Positions 39,966-49,819 of a stretch of 64,000 nucleotides of DNA are shown piece after piece. The stretch is taken from NCBI GenBank assembly GCA_965215125.1, contig OZ244052.1, positions 2,156,707-2,220,706 on the forward strand, in the 5' to 3' direction. The stretch's first letter is position 1. Every line of letters starts with the position of its first letter. Under the pieces are notes generated by a model. It worked only from the letters and a program-made list of their open reading frames with translations. It had not been told where the DNA came from and did not search any database. Source of the stretch: an uncultured candidatus Porisulfidus sp. (GTDB taxonomy: Bacteria; Pseudomonadota; Gammaproteobacteria; Poriferisulfidales; Oxydemutatoraceae). Position numbers and translations under genes: made by a program.

Positions 39966-42466
39966 AAAAAATAATTTGGCAAGGCTATGAATTTCTGATA
40001 TTCAGAAAACCGGTCATTGCGTTGTTTGTCTCGCTCGCTTTAATTGCTTGGCTTGTGAGCCATTTAGACAATTTTAGAGTAGACGCTTCGGCGGATTCGC
40101 TGGTTTTAGAAAGCGACGAAGATCTCAAATACTACCGCGAACTAATCAAACGCTACGGGGCGGATAATTTCTTCGCCATCACATACCGACCTATTCACCC
40201 ACGACAATTATTCGAGAAGGAAACACTTGAAGAGATGCGCCGCTTTGCCGACGATATCGCAGGTGTCTCCGGTATCAAGCGCGTACTGTCTCTACTCGAT
40301 GTGCCGTTATTGCAAAGCCCGCCGATCGGTTTAAGCGAAATATCGGAGAATACCAAAACCATAGAAAGTGAAGGTGTGGACTTGGAATTAGCTCAGCGTG
40401 AATTCCGGCATAGTCCTTTATACAAAAACTTACTACTCAGCTCCGACGGTAACACGGCAATGTTGCTGGCGTATCTGGAAGCCGATACGACTTATAAGCG
40501 ATTACTGGCAGAGCGCGAACGATTACGAGAGCTCAAACACAGCGGCGGTGATTATTCCGAGCAAGCACTTGCCGATGCAGAACGCGCGTTCAAGGACTAT
40601 CAGGTCGTACATACCCGAAACGAACGCAACATGACTATGGAAATCCGCGAGGTAATCACACGCTATCAACAAAATAACGCTATATTTTTAGGTGGTCTAC
40701 CGATGATTATTACCGATATGATTACGATGGTGTATAACGACATAATCGTCTTCGGCACTGCCATTATCATATTTTTAATCGTTTTACTCGGTGTTATTTT
40801 CCGAAGCATACGCTGGATCAGCATTGCAATGATGTGCTCGATGCTGTCTGCCGTTGCCACGATGGGTGTTTTGGCCCTGCTGGATCAACGGGTTACCGTA
40901 ATCTCGTCTAATTTTGCCTCTTTATTGATGATTATTGCAATGTCCATGGTGATGCACCTGATAGTGCGTTTCCGAGAGTTACAAGCCAAGCAACCTCAGA
41001 CCGGTGTTCTAGGACTAAGCAAACAAACCGTGCGATTTATGTATATCCCGTGTCTATACGCGGCATTGACGACTATGGTTGCATTCGTTTCACTGTTGGT
41101 GAGCGGTATACGCCCGGTGATTGATTTCGGTTATATTATGACTATCGGTATCGTACTATTGTTCGTTATAGTATTTACCCTATTCCCTAGCTTCATATGC
41201 TTGACTAAAAGAAGCAAGGAATATACCGAAAAAGACTTCACTTATAAAATAACCAATACTTTTTCAAACTTAAGCCGCAAATACCATCATCCGATAATTT
41301 TAATCTCGGCACTGTTGGCAATCGTCGGTGCCGTCGGTATGAGCCGTTTGGAAGTAGAGAATCGCTTCATAGACTATTTTGATAAAGATACCGAAATCTA
41401 TAAGGGGATGTTAGAAATAGATAGAAAACTAGGCGGCACCACACCGTTTGATGTGATACTCACTGCGCCCGAAACCACGGTTGTACAAGAGGAATCACCG
41501 CCGATTGGCATGGAAGACGATATAGATTTATTGCTTGAGGAGGATTTTCTTGCCGATTATCTAGGTCAAGAGCAAGGCCTTGAGAACTACTGGATTAGTC
41601 CTGTAAAACTTCAGGAAATCAAAAGAATACACGATTATTTTGATAAAAAGCCAGAGGTGGGAAAAGTACTGTCTTTAGCAACGTTGGCTGAACTTGTAGA
41701 GATATTGAACGACGGCGAGCCGCTCAACGATTTTGAAGTTGCCTTTATTAGTAAATTACTTCCGGAAGATATTAAAAAAGTACTATATTCGCCCTATATA
41801 TCCGAAGACGGTAACGAAGTGCGCATCAGCATGCGCGTCATTGATTCTGATAAAGACCTGAAGCGCAAAGAATTGATCGAGCAATCCAGGCAGCAATTAC
41901 TTGATTTCGGTTATAGCGAAGACCAATTCAGACTTTCGGGTATGCTGGTGCTGTATAACAATATGCTACAAAGTTTATATCAATCGCAGATTTTAACTTT
42001 GGGAACCGTCCTCATCGTGATATTCCTGATGTTTTTGCTGTTATTCAGGTCTATGTTGCTTGCGATTATTGCGATTATTCCGAATGCACTTTCTGCATCG
42101 GTCGTTTTAGGTTTAATGGGATGGTCGGGCATACCGCTCGATTTGATGACTATTACGCTCGCAGCAATCAGTATCGGCATATCGGTAGACAACACCATTC
42201 ATTATATCGTTCGTTTCAAACGCGAATATGCCCGTGATCGCGATTATAAAGAGACGGTCAAACGGTGCCACAACAGCATCGGTCGAGCGATGTATTATAC
42301 TTCGGTTACAATTATCGCAGGCTTCTCTATTCTGGCACTATCCAATTTTATTCCGACAATTTACTTCGGTTTACTTACCGGGCTTGCGATGTTGATCGCA
42401 TTGCTGGGTGCGCTGACATTGCTACCTTCGCTACTGATGAGCTTCAAACCGATGGGAGAGCACTAA
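39962..42466 (+). CDS. MMPL/RND-superfamily transporter
   Basis: Two repeats of TM plus a large periplasmic loop and 5 TM; GISVDNTIHY motif. Confidence 0.88.
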   Translation: MKKIIWQGYEFLIFRKPVIALFVSLALIAWLVSHLDNFRVDASADSLVLESDEDLKYYRELIKRYGADNFFAITYRPIHPRQLFEKETLEEMRRFADDIAGVSGIKRVLSLLDVPLLQSPPIGLSEISENTKTIESEGVDLELAQREFRHSPLYKNLLLSSDGNTAMLLAYLEADTTYKRLLAERERLRELKHSGGDYSEQALADAERAFKDYQVVHTRNERNMTMEIREVITRYQQNNAIFLGGLPMIITDMITMVYNDIIVFGTAIIIFLIVLLGVIFRSIRWISIAMMCSMLSAVATMGVLALLDQRVTVISSNFASLLMIIAMSMVMHLIVRFRELQAKQPQTGVLGLSKQTVRFMYIPCLYAALTTMVAFVSLLVSGIRPVIDFGYIMTIGIVLLFVIVFTLFPSFICLTKRSKEYTEKDFTYKITNTFSNLSRKYHHPIILISALLAIVGAVGMSRLEVENRFIDYFDKDTEIYKGMLEIDRKLGGTTPFDVILTAPETTVVQEESPPIGMEDDIDLLLEEDFLADYLGQEQGLENYWISPVKLQEIKRIHDYFDKKPEVGKVLSLATLAELVEILNDGEPLNDFEVAFISKLLPEDIKKVLYSPYISEDGNEVRISMRVIDSDKDLKRKELIEQSRQQLLDFGYSEDQFRLSGMLVLYNNMLQSLYQSQILTLGTVLIVIFLMFLLLFRSMLLAIIAIIPNALSASVVLGLMGWSGIPLDLMTITLAAISIGISVDNTIHYIVRFKREYARDRDYKETVKRCHNSIGRAMYYTSVTIIAGFSILALSNFIPTIYFGLLTGLAMLIALLGALTLLPSLLMSFKPMGEH

Positions 42467-42470
42467 ACAA

Positions 42471-43313
42471 ATGAAAAACTCACTACAGAGAACTTATGCA
42501 AGATTGTCGCCTACATTTTCGGTACAAGCGCAAGATCAGTATAACCAAAATCGTACGGTAAATGTTGCCGGTGAATCACCGTTGACCTTAATAGTGGACG
42601 GACAAGAAGTAGTAACCTTAATGACCTTAGGCACCTACCCCGAAGAACTGGCAATCGGTTATCTGCGTAATCAGCGGCTGGTCGAACATATAGATCATAT
42701 TGCATCGGTGGAGGTTGACTGGCAGAGAGAATCGGTTCATGTCAAACTCAGGGACGCTTATGCGATAAGCGATTGGCAGAACAAACTCTCCAAACGCATC
42801 GTCACCAGCGGTTGCGGCCAAGGCACCGTCTTTAGCTGCACATTGGATAAGTTATACGATCAAAGACTGCCCGATGCGCAACTCAAACAATCGACGATTT
42901 ATTCACTACTCGGTGCGATTACGAAACGCAACGAGATTTATAAAGCCGCCGGTGCAGTACACGGCTGTGCTTTATGCGAAGGCGATAAGATTTTGGCGTT
43001 TGTAGAAGATGTGGGTAGACATAATGCAGCCGATGCAATTGCCGGTATGATGTGGCTAGACGAGATTAGCGGTGCCGATAAAATCTTTTATACTACCGGT
43101 AGATTGACATCCGAGATAGTCATGAAAGCTGCGCACATGAGTATACCTATCTTATTATCTAGATCGGGTATCACACAAATGGGTCTACAGCTGGCGGAAG
43201 ACTTGAATGTGATGATGATTGCACGAGCCAAAGGTAAAGCCTTTTTGGTTTACCACAAGCACGAACAGATAATTTATGACATACCCCCTACTCCACCCGA
43301 TAGTGCTTGTTAA
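42471..43313 (+). CDS. fdhD: Formate dehydrogenase accessory sulfurtransferase
   Basis: TSGCGQG, GAVHGCAL, EDVGRHNAAD, TGRLTSE. Confidence 0.92.
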   Translation: MKNSLQRTYARLSPTFSVQAQDQYNQNRTVNVAGESPLTLIVDGQEVVTLMTLGTYPEELAIGYLRNQRLVEHIDHIASVEVDWQRESVHVKLRDAYAISDWQNKLSKRIVTSGCGQGTVFSCTLDKLYDQRLPDAQLKQSTIYSLLGAITKRNEIYKAAGAVHGCALCEGDKILAFVEDVGRHNAADAIAGMMWLDEISGADKIFYTTGRLTSEIVMKAAHMSIPILLSRSGITQMGLQLAEDLNVMMIARAKGKAFLVYHKHEQIIYDIPPTPPDSAC

Positions 43314-43891
43314 TCCAAATCATTGACTAGAGAAGCACGAGTCTCGGGGGAAGCAGTCGACCTTGCTCGGTAATGCGGATGTTCAACGACGAAAAGGATA
43401 TCCGCTCCGGCCTTAACCACTTTTACCATCTCCGAAGTCAATTCAAAGCGTAAAAAATGAACCGCAGAGGTTTTATCCGTAGTTTCACGATCTAAGTCCT
43501 CGTTTGCAATGGGGTATATTTTTTCTAAATCACCTATTTTTATATAGAGCTCGCATTCTATGCCGATGAGTTCTTGCAGACGCTTTGTTCGCTCTTCGGG
43601 GTCTTTATACTCTATCATCATTGTAGCTTTCCAATTACTGCCGTCGGGGATGAGTGGATTATAAGTAGCGAGTTCCTCTGCTATATCGTCGAAAGAGAAT
43701 ATCTTTTCCGCTCGCAATATTTCTTGTATTTGATAATGCATCGTTCGGCGATCCTCAAAATATAAACCTAGATGTTCTCCTATATGCACGGTACGCGGCA
43801 TCTTATGCTTTATCACTTGAGAGCGCATCTCGCCGCGTTTTTCATCGTACTCTTCCAACGTATATAAATCCGAATGTTTTAGCTTTTCCAT
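43310..43891 (-). CDS. DUF3501 family protein
   Basis: YQIQE.LRAE, YNPLIPDG.NWKATMMIE, KTSAVHFLRF; third gene of the rubrerythrin cluster. Confidence 0.85.
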   Translation of the reverse strand: MEKLKHSDLYTLEEYDEKRGEMRSQVIKHKMPRTVHIGEHLGLYFEDRRTMHYQIQEILRAEKIFSFDDIAEELATYNPLIPDGSNWKATMMIEYKDPEERTKRLQELIGIECELYIKIGDLEKIYPIANEDLDRETTDKTSAVHFLRFELTSEMVKVVKAGADILFVVEHPHYRARSTASPETRASLVNDLD

Positions 43892-43905
43892 ATCATAAAC
43901 TCTTT

Positions 43906-45234
43906 CTATATTCCGTAGGCTTCTCGAAGTAGGCTAAACGGATGCCTTACCGAAATTTCTTTGTTTGCAATATCCGCTATATGGTGACCTGCCAATACAC
44001 AGTCACTCACCAAATAATCGACTTCCATTTTTTCCGCACGCTTGGCTATAGGTGAGGCAATTTTTATTGCCGCTGCCCGTGTTTCCGAGCGCACACCGTA
44101 TACGCCGTCGTGCCCCGAGCAACGTTCGACAACCTCTAGTTGATTTATAGGCATTAATTCAAGCAGTTCTCGTGTTTTAGCACCGATATTTTGTACTCGT
44201 TGATGACAAGCGACATGATAAATCACCTTTCCCAGTTTGGTTTCAAACTTGGTATTGAGGGAATTTTGTTTATGTTTGAGCATCAAGTATTCGCAGGGAT
44301 CAAAAATATGTTCCTGTAGTTTTTTAAGCGTTTGATCTTCGGGAAACATCAACGGCAATTCTTTTCTAAACATCAAATTACATGACGGTATCGGCGCAAC
44401 AAAATTATAACCGGCATCCAGATACGGCACTAACCGTGCGACATTCTTTTGTTTTAGTTCGGTAACTTGCTTCAAATCTCCTATTTCGAGTTTCGGCATA
44501 CCACAACATACGGTATCTTTAATCGGCGCACATTCGATTTCATTATGGTTGAATATTACCATCATATCGGAGATTAAATTCGGATCGTTGTAATTGCCGT
44601 AGCATGTAATAAATAATGCGACTTTATCGACTTTTTGTTTATTCGGAGTTTGCCGTAATTTTGCAAATCGCTTGTTCGCGGTATCACTATGATATTGTGG
44701 CAGGCGAGCTTCGGCGTCTACACCCAATAATGATTCGATACGCTTGCGAGTAAATTTATTTGCAAGCATCGCATTTACGGTTTGGTTGATGACCGGAATT
44801 GATGCGATCTTGCCGATTACATCGGTAGCACTCAGTAGGCGGTCGCGTTTCGTAGTCTCTCCTTTTTTGAATTTAATCGCTTTGGCACGTAGCATAAGAT
44901 GAGGAAAGTCTATATTCCATTCGTGCGGTGGTACATACGGACATTTACTCATAAAGCACATATCGCATAGATAGCAATGATCCACGACTTTGCCGTAGTC
45001 GTGTTTATCTACGCCGTCTACTTCCAACGTCGAGGATTCATCTATTAAATCGAATAAAGTCGGAAAGGCTTTGCATAAATTAACGCAACGACGGCATCCG
45101 TGACACACATCGAATACTCGCTCCATTTCTTTATGGAGTTTGCTTTCGTCGTAATAATTGTTTTCACACCAATCTATGGGATGGCGGATTGGTGCATCAA
45201 GCCCGCCCTCGATATTGGTTGTTTCTTTATTCAT
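43906..45234 (-). CDS. Rubrerythrin-associated Fe-S oxidoreductase (GlpC/HdrD-like, CCG domains)
   Basis: CHGCRRCVNLC, CYLCDMCFMSKCPY, CCGMP, CSGHDG. Confidence 0.88.
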   Translation of the reverse strand: MNKETTNIEGGLDAPIRHPIDWCENNYYDESKLHKEMERVFDVCHGCRRCVNLCKAFPTLFDLIDESSTLEVDGVDKHDYGKVVDHCYLCDMCFMSKCPYVPPHEWNIDFPHLMLRAKAIKFKKGETTKRDRLLSATDVIGKIASIPVINQTVNAMLANKFTRKRIESLLGVDAEARLPQYHSDTANKRFAKLRQTPNKQKVDKVALFITCYGNYNDPNLISDMMVIFNHNEIECAPIKDTVCCGMPKLEIGDLKQVTELKQKNVARLVPYLDAGYNFVAPIPSCNLMFRKELPLMFPEDQTLKKLQEHIFDPCEYLMLKHKQNSLNTKFETKLGKVIYHVACHQRVQNIGAKTRELLELMPINQLEVVERCSGHDGVYGVRSETRAAAIKIASPIAKRAEKMEVDYLVSDCVLAGHHIADIANKEISVRHPFSLLREAYGI

Positions 45235-45325
45235 ATAGAATAGTCGATCACTTATTCCACATTATAAGGGGTTGAATATGAGGTAATAGAACCGATAACA
45301 ATATCTTCGGTTCTCTTATAACGAA

Positions 45326-45745
45326 TTAATTATTCAGTGTGTCTAGAGCTTTTCGAAAACGGTTTGCATGCGAGCGTTCCGCTTTGGCCAGGGTTTCAAA
45401 CCAATCTGCGATTTCATCAAAACCCTCGTCGCGTGCCGTCTTAGCCATACCCGGATACATATCGGTATATTCGTGTGTTTCACTTGCAATAGCCGCTTTT
45501 AGGTTAGCACTGGTATCACCTATGGGTTCACCGGTTGCAGGATCACCGCACTCTTCCAAGTATTCCAGATGGCCGTGTGCATGGCCGGTCTCCCCTTCTG
45601 CGGTAGAACGAAAAACTGCGGATACGTCGTTATAACCTTCAATATCAGCTTTGGCGGCAAAATATAGATAACGTCTATTTGCTTGCGATTCGCAGGCGAA
45701 TGCTGCTTTTAGGTTTTCTTCTGTTTGACTGCCTTTTAAGTTCAT
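45326..45745 (-). CDS. Short ('aerobic-type') rubrerythrin without a rubredoxin domain
   Basis: [31 protein letters not shown] diiron ligands. Confidence 0.93.
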   Translation of the reverse strand: MNLKGSQTEENLKAAFACESQANRRYLYFAAKADIEGYNDVSAVFRSTAEGETGHAHGHLEYLEECGDPATGEPIGDTSANLKAAIASETHEYTDMYPGMAKTARDEGFDEIADWFETLAKAERSHANRFRKALDTLNN

Positions 45746-45857
45746 AATTTCTCCTAATTGAGTTTAATCTGAAACTGATGGGAATATATTATAGTCTATT
45801 ATCTAAATTGCAATATAATAATTAGGCAAACATTTATACCGTTTTAATAATTTTACC

Positions 45858-46115
45858 ATGAAAAAAGGCAACACACAGACTAAAAAATTAAACTTTGAAA
45901 ATACACTTTCAAAATTAGAAAATATTATTCAACAAATGGAAGAGGGTGGACAACCACTAGAGAAAATGTTGGATCAATTTGAAGAGGGCACGAAGCTAGT
46001 CGAGCAATGTCGTAAAGCACTAGACGAGGCAGAACTGCGAGTGAGTTCATTAATGAAAGAGCAATCCGAAGAAAGGCTAAAGAATTTTGACGAAAACAAT
46101 AGCTCCGGAAACTGA
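45858..46115 (+). CDS. xseB: Exodeoxyribonuclease VII small subunit
   Basis: FE..L..LE.I...ME.G..PLE...FEEG..L...C...L..AE. Confidence 0.92.
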   Translation: MKKGNTQTKKLNFENTLSKLENIIQQMEEGGQPLEKMLDQFEEGTKLVEQCRKALDEAELRVSSLMKEQSEERLKNFDENNSSGN

Positions 46116-46977
46116 ATATTCTGCCGAAGCATTTTTAGAACAGTGCGCCGCACGCGTAATCCGTGAGATACAAACTAATACCGCTGCATACCAAAATAAA
46201 CCACTAGTAGATGTAATTCACTATGCAAGTTTGTCAAACGGCAAACGCGTACGACCGGGACTGGTTTATGCAACGGCACTTGCTCTAGACTTTGAATTTG
46301 ATTTGGTAGATCCAATCGCATGTGCAATAGAATTGATTCACTGCTATTCGCTCACGCACGACGATTTACCGGCTATGGATGACGATGATATACGGCGAGG
46401 TAAGCCTGCTTGTCATAAGGCTTTCGGAGAAGCCGAAGCGATATTAGCCGGTAATGCCATGCAAGCACTTGCTTTTGAATGTTTGGCCGATGCGAAACAG
46501 CTTTCAGATGCCAACAAACTTAGAGCTATTCGTATGTTGGCATCGGCAGCGGGTTTAGCGGGAATGGCAAGCGGACAAGCGATGGATATCAAAGGTATGG
46601 ATAGTAAAGTTGATGCAATTTATTTAGAAAAAACGCATAGATTAAAAACCGGTAGCTTGATGAATACTTGTATCACCATACCCCTGGCGTGTAAAGATAA
46701 TTATCCCGATCCCATGTATCGCTCGCTGGCGGCTTTTGCATCCGATATCGGATTATGCTTTCAGATACGAGACGATATTTTAGATGCTTGCGAACAAACA
46801 CAACAAACGAACCCTTCTAACGGCGAGATCGATTATCCGTCCATAATAGGTATGGAAGAAACTCAAAAATTATTAACAAAACTGTCCGATCGTTGCTTAC
46901 ATTATCTAGACTGTATCGATGAGAAAGCGGATACCCTGCGATCGCTTGCACGCTATATCACGACCAGGACCATTTAG
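46087..46977 (+). CDS. ispA: Farnesyl diphosphate synthase
   Basis: GKRVRP, HDDLPAMDDDDIRRGKP, FQIRDDILD. Confidence 0.94.
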   Translation: MTKTIAPETEYSAEAFLEQCAARVIREIQTNTAAYQNKPLVDVIHYASLSNGKRVRPGLVYATALALDFEFDLVDPIACAIELIHCYSLTHDDLPAMDDDDIRRGKPACHKAFGEAEAILAGNAMQALAFECLADAKQLSDANKLRAIRMLASAAGLAGMASGQAMDIKGMDSKVDAIYLEKTHRLKTGSLMNTCITIPLACKDNYPDPMYRSLAAFASDIGLCFQIRDDILDACEQTQQTNPSNGEIDYPSIIGMEETQKLLTKLSDRCLHYLDCIDEKADTLRSLARYITTRTI

Positions 46978-46980
46978 TAA

Positions 46981-48849
46981 ATGTCAGTCTCTAAAACACC
47001 TCTACTCGATCAAATTACGGTGCCGGCAGACTTGAGACTGCTATCTATGGAGCAATTGGATCAAGTATGCAAAGAATTAAGGACTTTCCTTATAGGTACC
47101 GTTGCCAACTGTGGTGGGCATTTTGCGGCCGGTTTAGGCGTGATAGAACTGACCGTTGCATTACATTATGTTTTCAAAACACCGAATGATTTATTGGTGT
47201 GGGATGTGGGTCATCAGTGCTACCCGCATAAGATATTATGCGAGCGACGCAATCAAATCGATAAAATCCGAACCCGCGGCGGCTTAGCCCCCTTCCCCAA
47301 ACGCTCGGAAAGCCACTACGATAGTTTCGGTGTCGGACATTCAAGCACCTCTATAGGTGCTGCGATAGGTATGGCGGCTGCTCAAAAATTGCTTGCTAAA
47401 AAAAACAAAATAGTCGCTATTATCGGAGACGGTGGCATGACTGCGGGGATGGCTTACGAAGCAATGAACCATATCGGTTCTTTAGGTTCGGATGTGCTAA
47501 TAATCCTAAACGATAATGAAATGTCGATATCGCATAATGTCGGTGCACTCAGCAATTATTTAACGAGAATAATATCGAGTCCGCTTTATCTGAACATAAA
47601 ACAAAGCGGTAAAAAATTACTCAAGCCGATGCCGACCGTACAAAAATTAGCTAAAAATACCAAAGAGCATATCAAAGGCATGATAGTACCGGGTTCTTTC
47701 TTTGAAGAGTTAGGTATTAGCTATTACGGTCCTATAGACGGACATAATGTAAAGCAATTGGTACACAATTTAAACAACATCAAGAAAAAAGACTCCCCTC
47801 GCCTGCTTCATATCGTAACTCGCAAAGGTAAAGGCTATAAACGCGCAGAACAAAAGCCGGTGACATACCATGCGGTTTCCCCTTTTGACCCCGATGTCGG
47901 ATTGCAAAAAAATACCAAAGCCACGGCACTGAGTTATACGCAGGTATTTAGTCAATGGATCTGCGATATGGCGGCACAAGATAAACAACTCGTAGCAATC
48001 ACACCGGCGATGCGAGAAGGGTCGGGCTTGGTTGAATTTCAAAAACGCTTTCCCGAACGTTATTTTGATGTCGGCATAGCCGAGCAGCATGCACTCACTT
48101 TAGCCGCAGGCTTGGCTTGCGAAGGAATGAGGCCGATTGTTGCCATTTATTCCACTTTTCTGCAACGCGCGTACGATCAATTTATACACGATATCGCAAT
48201 ACAGAATTTGCCGGTTATGTTGGCGATAGATCGCGCCGGTGTAGTCGGTCCCGACGGTCAAACACATGCCGGGAGTTTCGATCTGAGCTTTTTACGATGT
48301 ATTCCGAATACCGTGATTATGACGCCGAGTAACGAAAAAACGACACGTGCCCTACTCAATACCGCATATCACTATGATGGACCTTCGGCGGTGAGATATC
48401 CTCGCGGTGTCGGTAGCGGTGTTTTGCCCGATGATTCTTTGCAACCGATGCCTATTGCGAAAGCGGAAATTATCAAATGTGGAAAAAACATCGCGATACT
48501 CGGTTTTGGAAGCCCGACGAGCACGGCGATCGAACTCACCGATAAACTAAACGCCACCCTTATCGATATGCGATTTGTCAAGCCGTTGGATCAAGATCTG
48601 TTGACCGAAGTTGCTAAATCTCATTCTTATTTAGTGACTCTGGAAGACAATGCTCGCCTGGGTGGTGCCGGTAGTGCAGTCTTGGAATTTTTAAGCCTAA
48701 ATAAGATTCAAACTCGCGTATTAACTTTAGGGCTACCTGATTATTTTCAGGATCACGGGACACGCGGAGAATTGTTAGCGGAAGCGGGATTGGACATTGA
48801 AAGTATGGAAAAAAGCATAAGGCAGTTTATCGGAAACGATATAAACTAA
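46981..48849 (+). CDS. dxs: 1-deoxy-D-xylulose 5-phosphate synthase
   Basis: WDVGHQ.YPHK, GHSSTS, GDG...NDN, DVGIAEQH. Confidence 0.98.
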   Translation: MSVSKTPLLDQITVPADLRLLSMEQLDQVCKELRTFLIGTVANCGGHFAAGLGVIELTVALHYVFKTPNDLLVWDVGHQCYPHKILCERRNQIDKIRTRGGLAPFPKRSESHYDSFGVGHSSTSIGAAIGMAAAQKLLAKKNKIVAIIGDGGMTAGMAYEAMNHIGSLGSDVLIILNDNEMSISHNVGALSNYLTRIISSPLYLNIKQSGKKLLKPMPTVQKLAKNTKEHIKGMIVPGSFFEELGISYYGPIDGHNVKQLVHNLNNIKKKDSPRLLHIVTRKGKGYKRAEQKPVTYHAVSPFDPDVGLQKNTKATALSYTQVFSQWICDMAAQDKQLVAITPAMREGSGLVEFQKRFPERYFDVGIAEQHALTLAAGLACEGMRPIVAIYSTFLQRAYDQFIHDIAIQNLPVMLAIDRAGVVGPDGQTHAGSFDLSFLRCIPNTVIMTPSNEKTTRALLNTAYHYDGPSAVRYPRGVGSGVLPDDSLQPMPIAKAEIIKCGKNIAILGFGSPTSTAIELTDKLNATLIDMRFVKPLDQDLLTEVAKSHSYLVTLEDNARLGGAGSAVLEFLSLNKIQTRVLTLGLPDYFQDHGTRGELLAEAGLDIESMEKSIRQFIGNDIN

Positions 48850-48859
48850 AACAGTCGTT

Positions 48860-49747
48860 TCAAAAATCCTCGGACTCTACTAAGGACTTCAGATAGGCCT
48901 TAAAATTTTTCTTAATTTCTTTATGCTTCAACGCTAAATCTACATTAGCTTGCAAATAACCTAATTTACTACCGCAATCGTAGCGTTTTCCTTTACAAAG
49001 AACGGCGTGCAGGGGTTCGTATTGCATTTGCAAAGCGATTGCGTCGGTTAATTGTATCTCTTCACCGACGCCCATGGGTGTTTGTTTTATATACTTAAAA
49101 ATACTGGGGCTTAATATGTAACGACCTATAATCCCGAGATTACTCGGTGTGTCTTGGGGATTAGGTTTTTCTACAAGGCGATCAACTTTCCAAACACCCT
49201 CTTCAATTTCTTTCCCTTCTATAATACCGTAATTACTAACTTGGTTGTGCGGTAATTCTTCGACCATAACTATATTTCCCGAGTATTCCTCATGATACTC
49301 CAGCATTTGCTTTATTGAATTATTGGCACCGTTAACAATCAGATCGTCCGCCAGGACGACGGCAAAAGGCTCTCTTTCGGTTGTAGCCCTTGCACAGAAT
49401 ACTGCATTTCCCAAGCCACTGGGTTCTTTTTGCCTAATATTTATGCAATTAGCACCCAGTGGGATGATATCGTGAATTTGTTTTAATAATTGATGCTTTC
49501 CTTTGTTTAGTAGGATCTGCTCTAGTTCCGGCGCGCTATCAAAATGATCTTCTATTGCGCGTTTGTTTCTGCCGTTTATAAAAATAAGGTTGGTAATGCC
49601 CGCTTTCACCGCATCTTCGACTGCGTATTGGATAAGTGGCTTGTCTACTATAGGTAACATTTCTTTGGGGTTTACTTTGGTGGCAGGTATAAAGCGAGTA
49701 CCTAAGCCTGCCACCGGAAATATTGCTTTGCGTATTTTTTTTGCCAT
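48860..49747 (-). CDS. galU: UTP-glucose-1-phosphate uridylyltransferase
   Basis: PVAGLGTRF.PATK..PKEMLPIVDKP, VEKP, EIQLTDA. Confidence 0.96.
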   Translation of the reverse strand: MAKKIRKAIFPVAGLGTRFIPATKVNPKEMLPIVDKPLIQYAVEDAVKAGITNLIFINGRNKRAIEDHFDSAPELEQILLNKGKHQLLKQIHDIIPLGANCINIRQKEPSGLGNAVFCARATTEREPFAVVLADDLIVNGANNSIKQMLEYHEEYSGNIVMVEELPHNQVSNYGIIEGKEIEEGVWKVDRLVEKPNPQDTPSNLGIIGRYILSPSIFKYIKQTPMGVGEEIQLTDAIALQMQYEPLHAVLCKGKRYDCGSKLGYLQANVDLALKHKEIKKNFKAYLKSLVESEDF

Positions 49748-49819
49748 TGAAATTTATATAACATACTCTACATGGCGTATAATAATAGCATAAGTAATTC
49801 CGCTTCAGAGAACAAATAA

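Noticed and set aside
45780-45825. Fur/PerR-like box upstream of rubrerythrin
   Set aside because: AT-rich with only loose dyad symmetry; cannot be distinguished from chance by eye.
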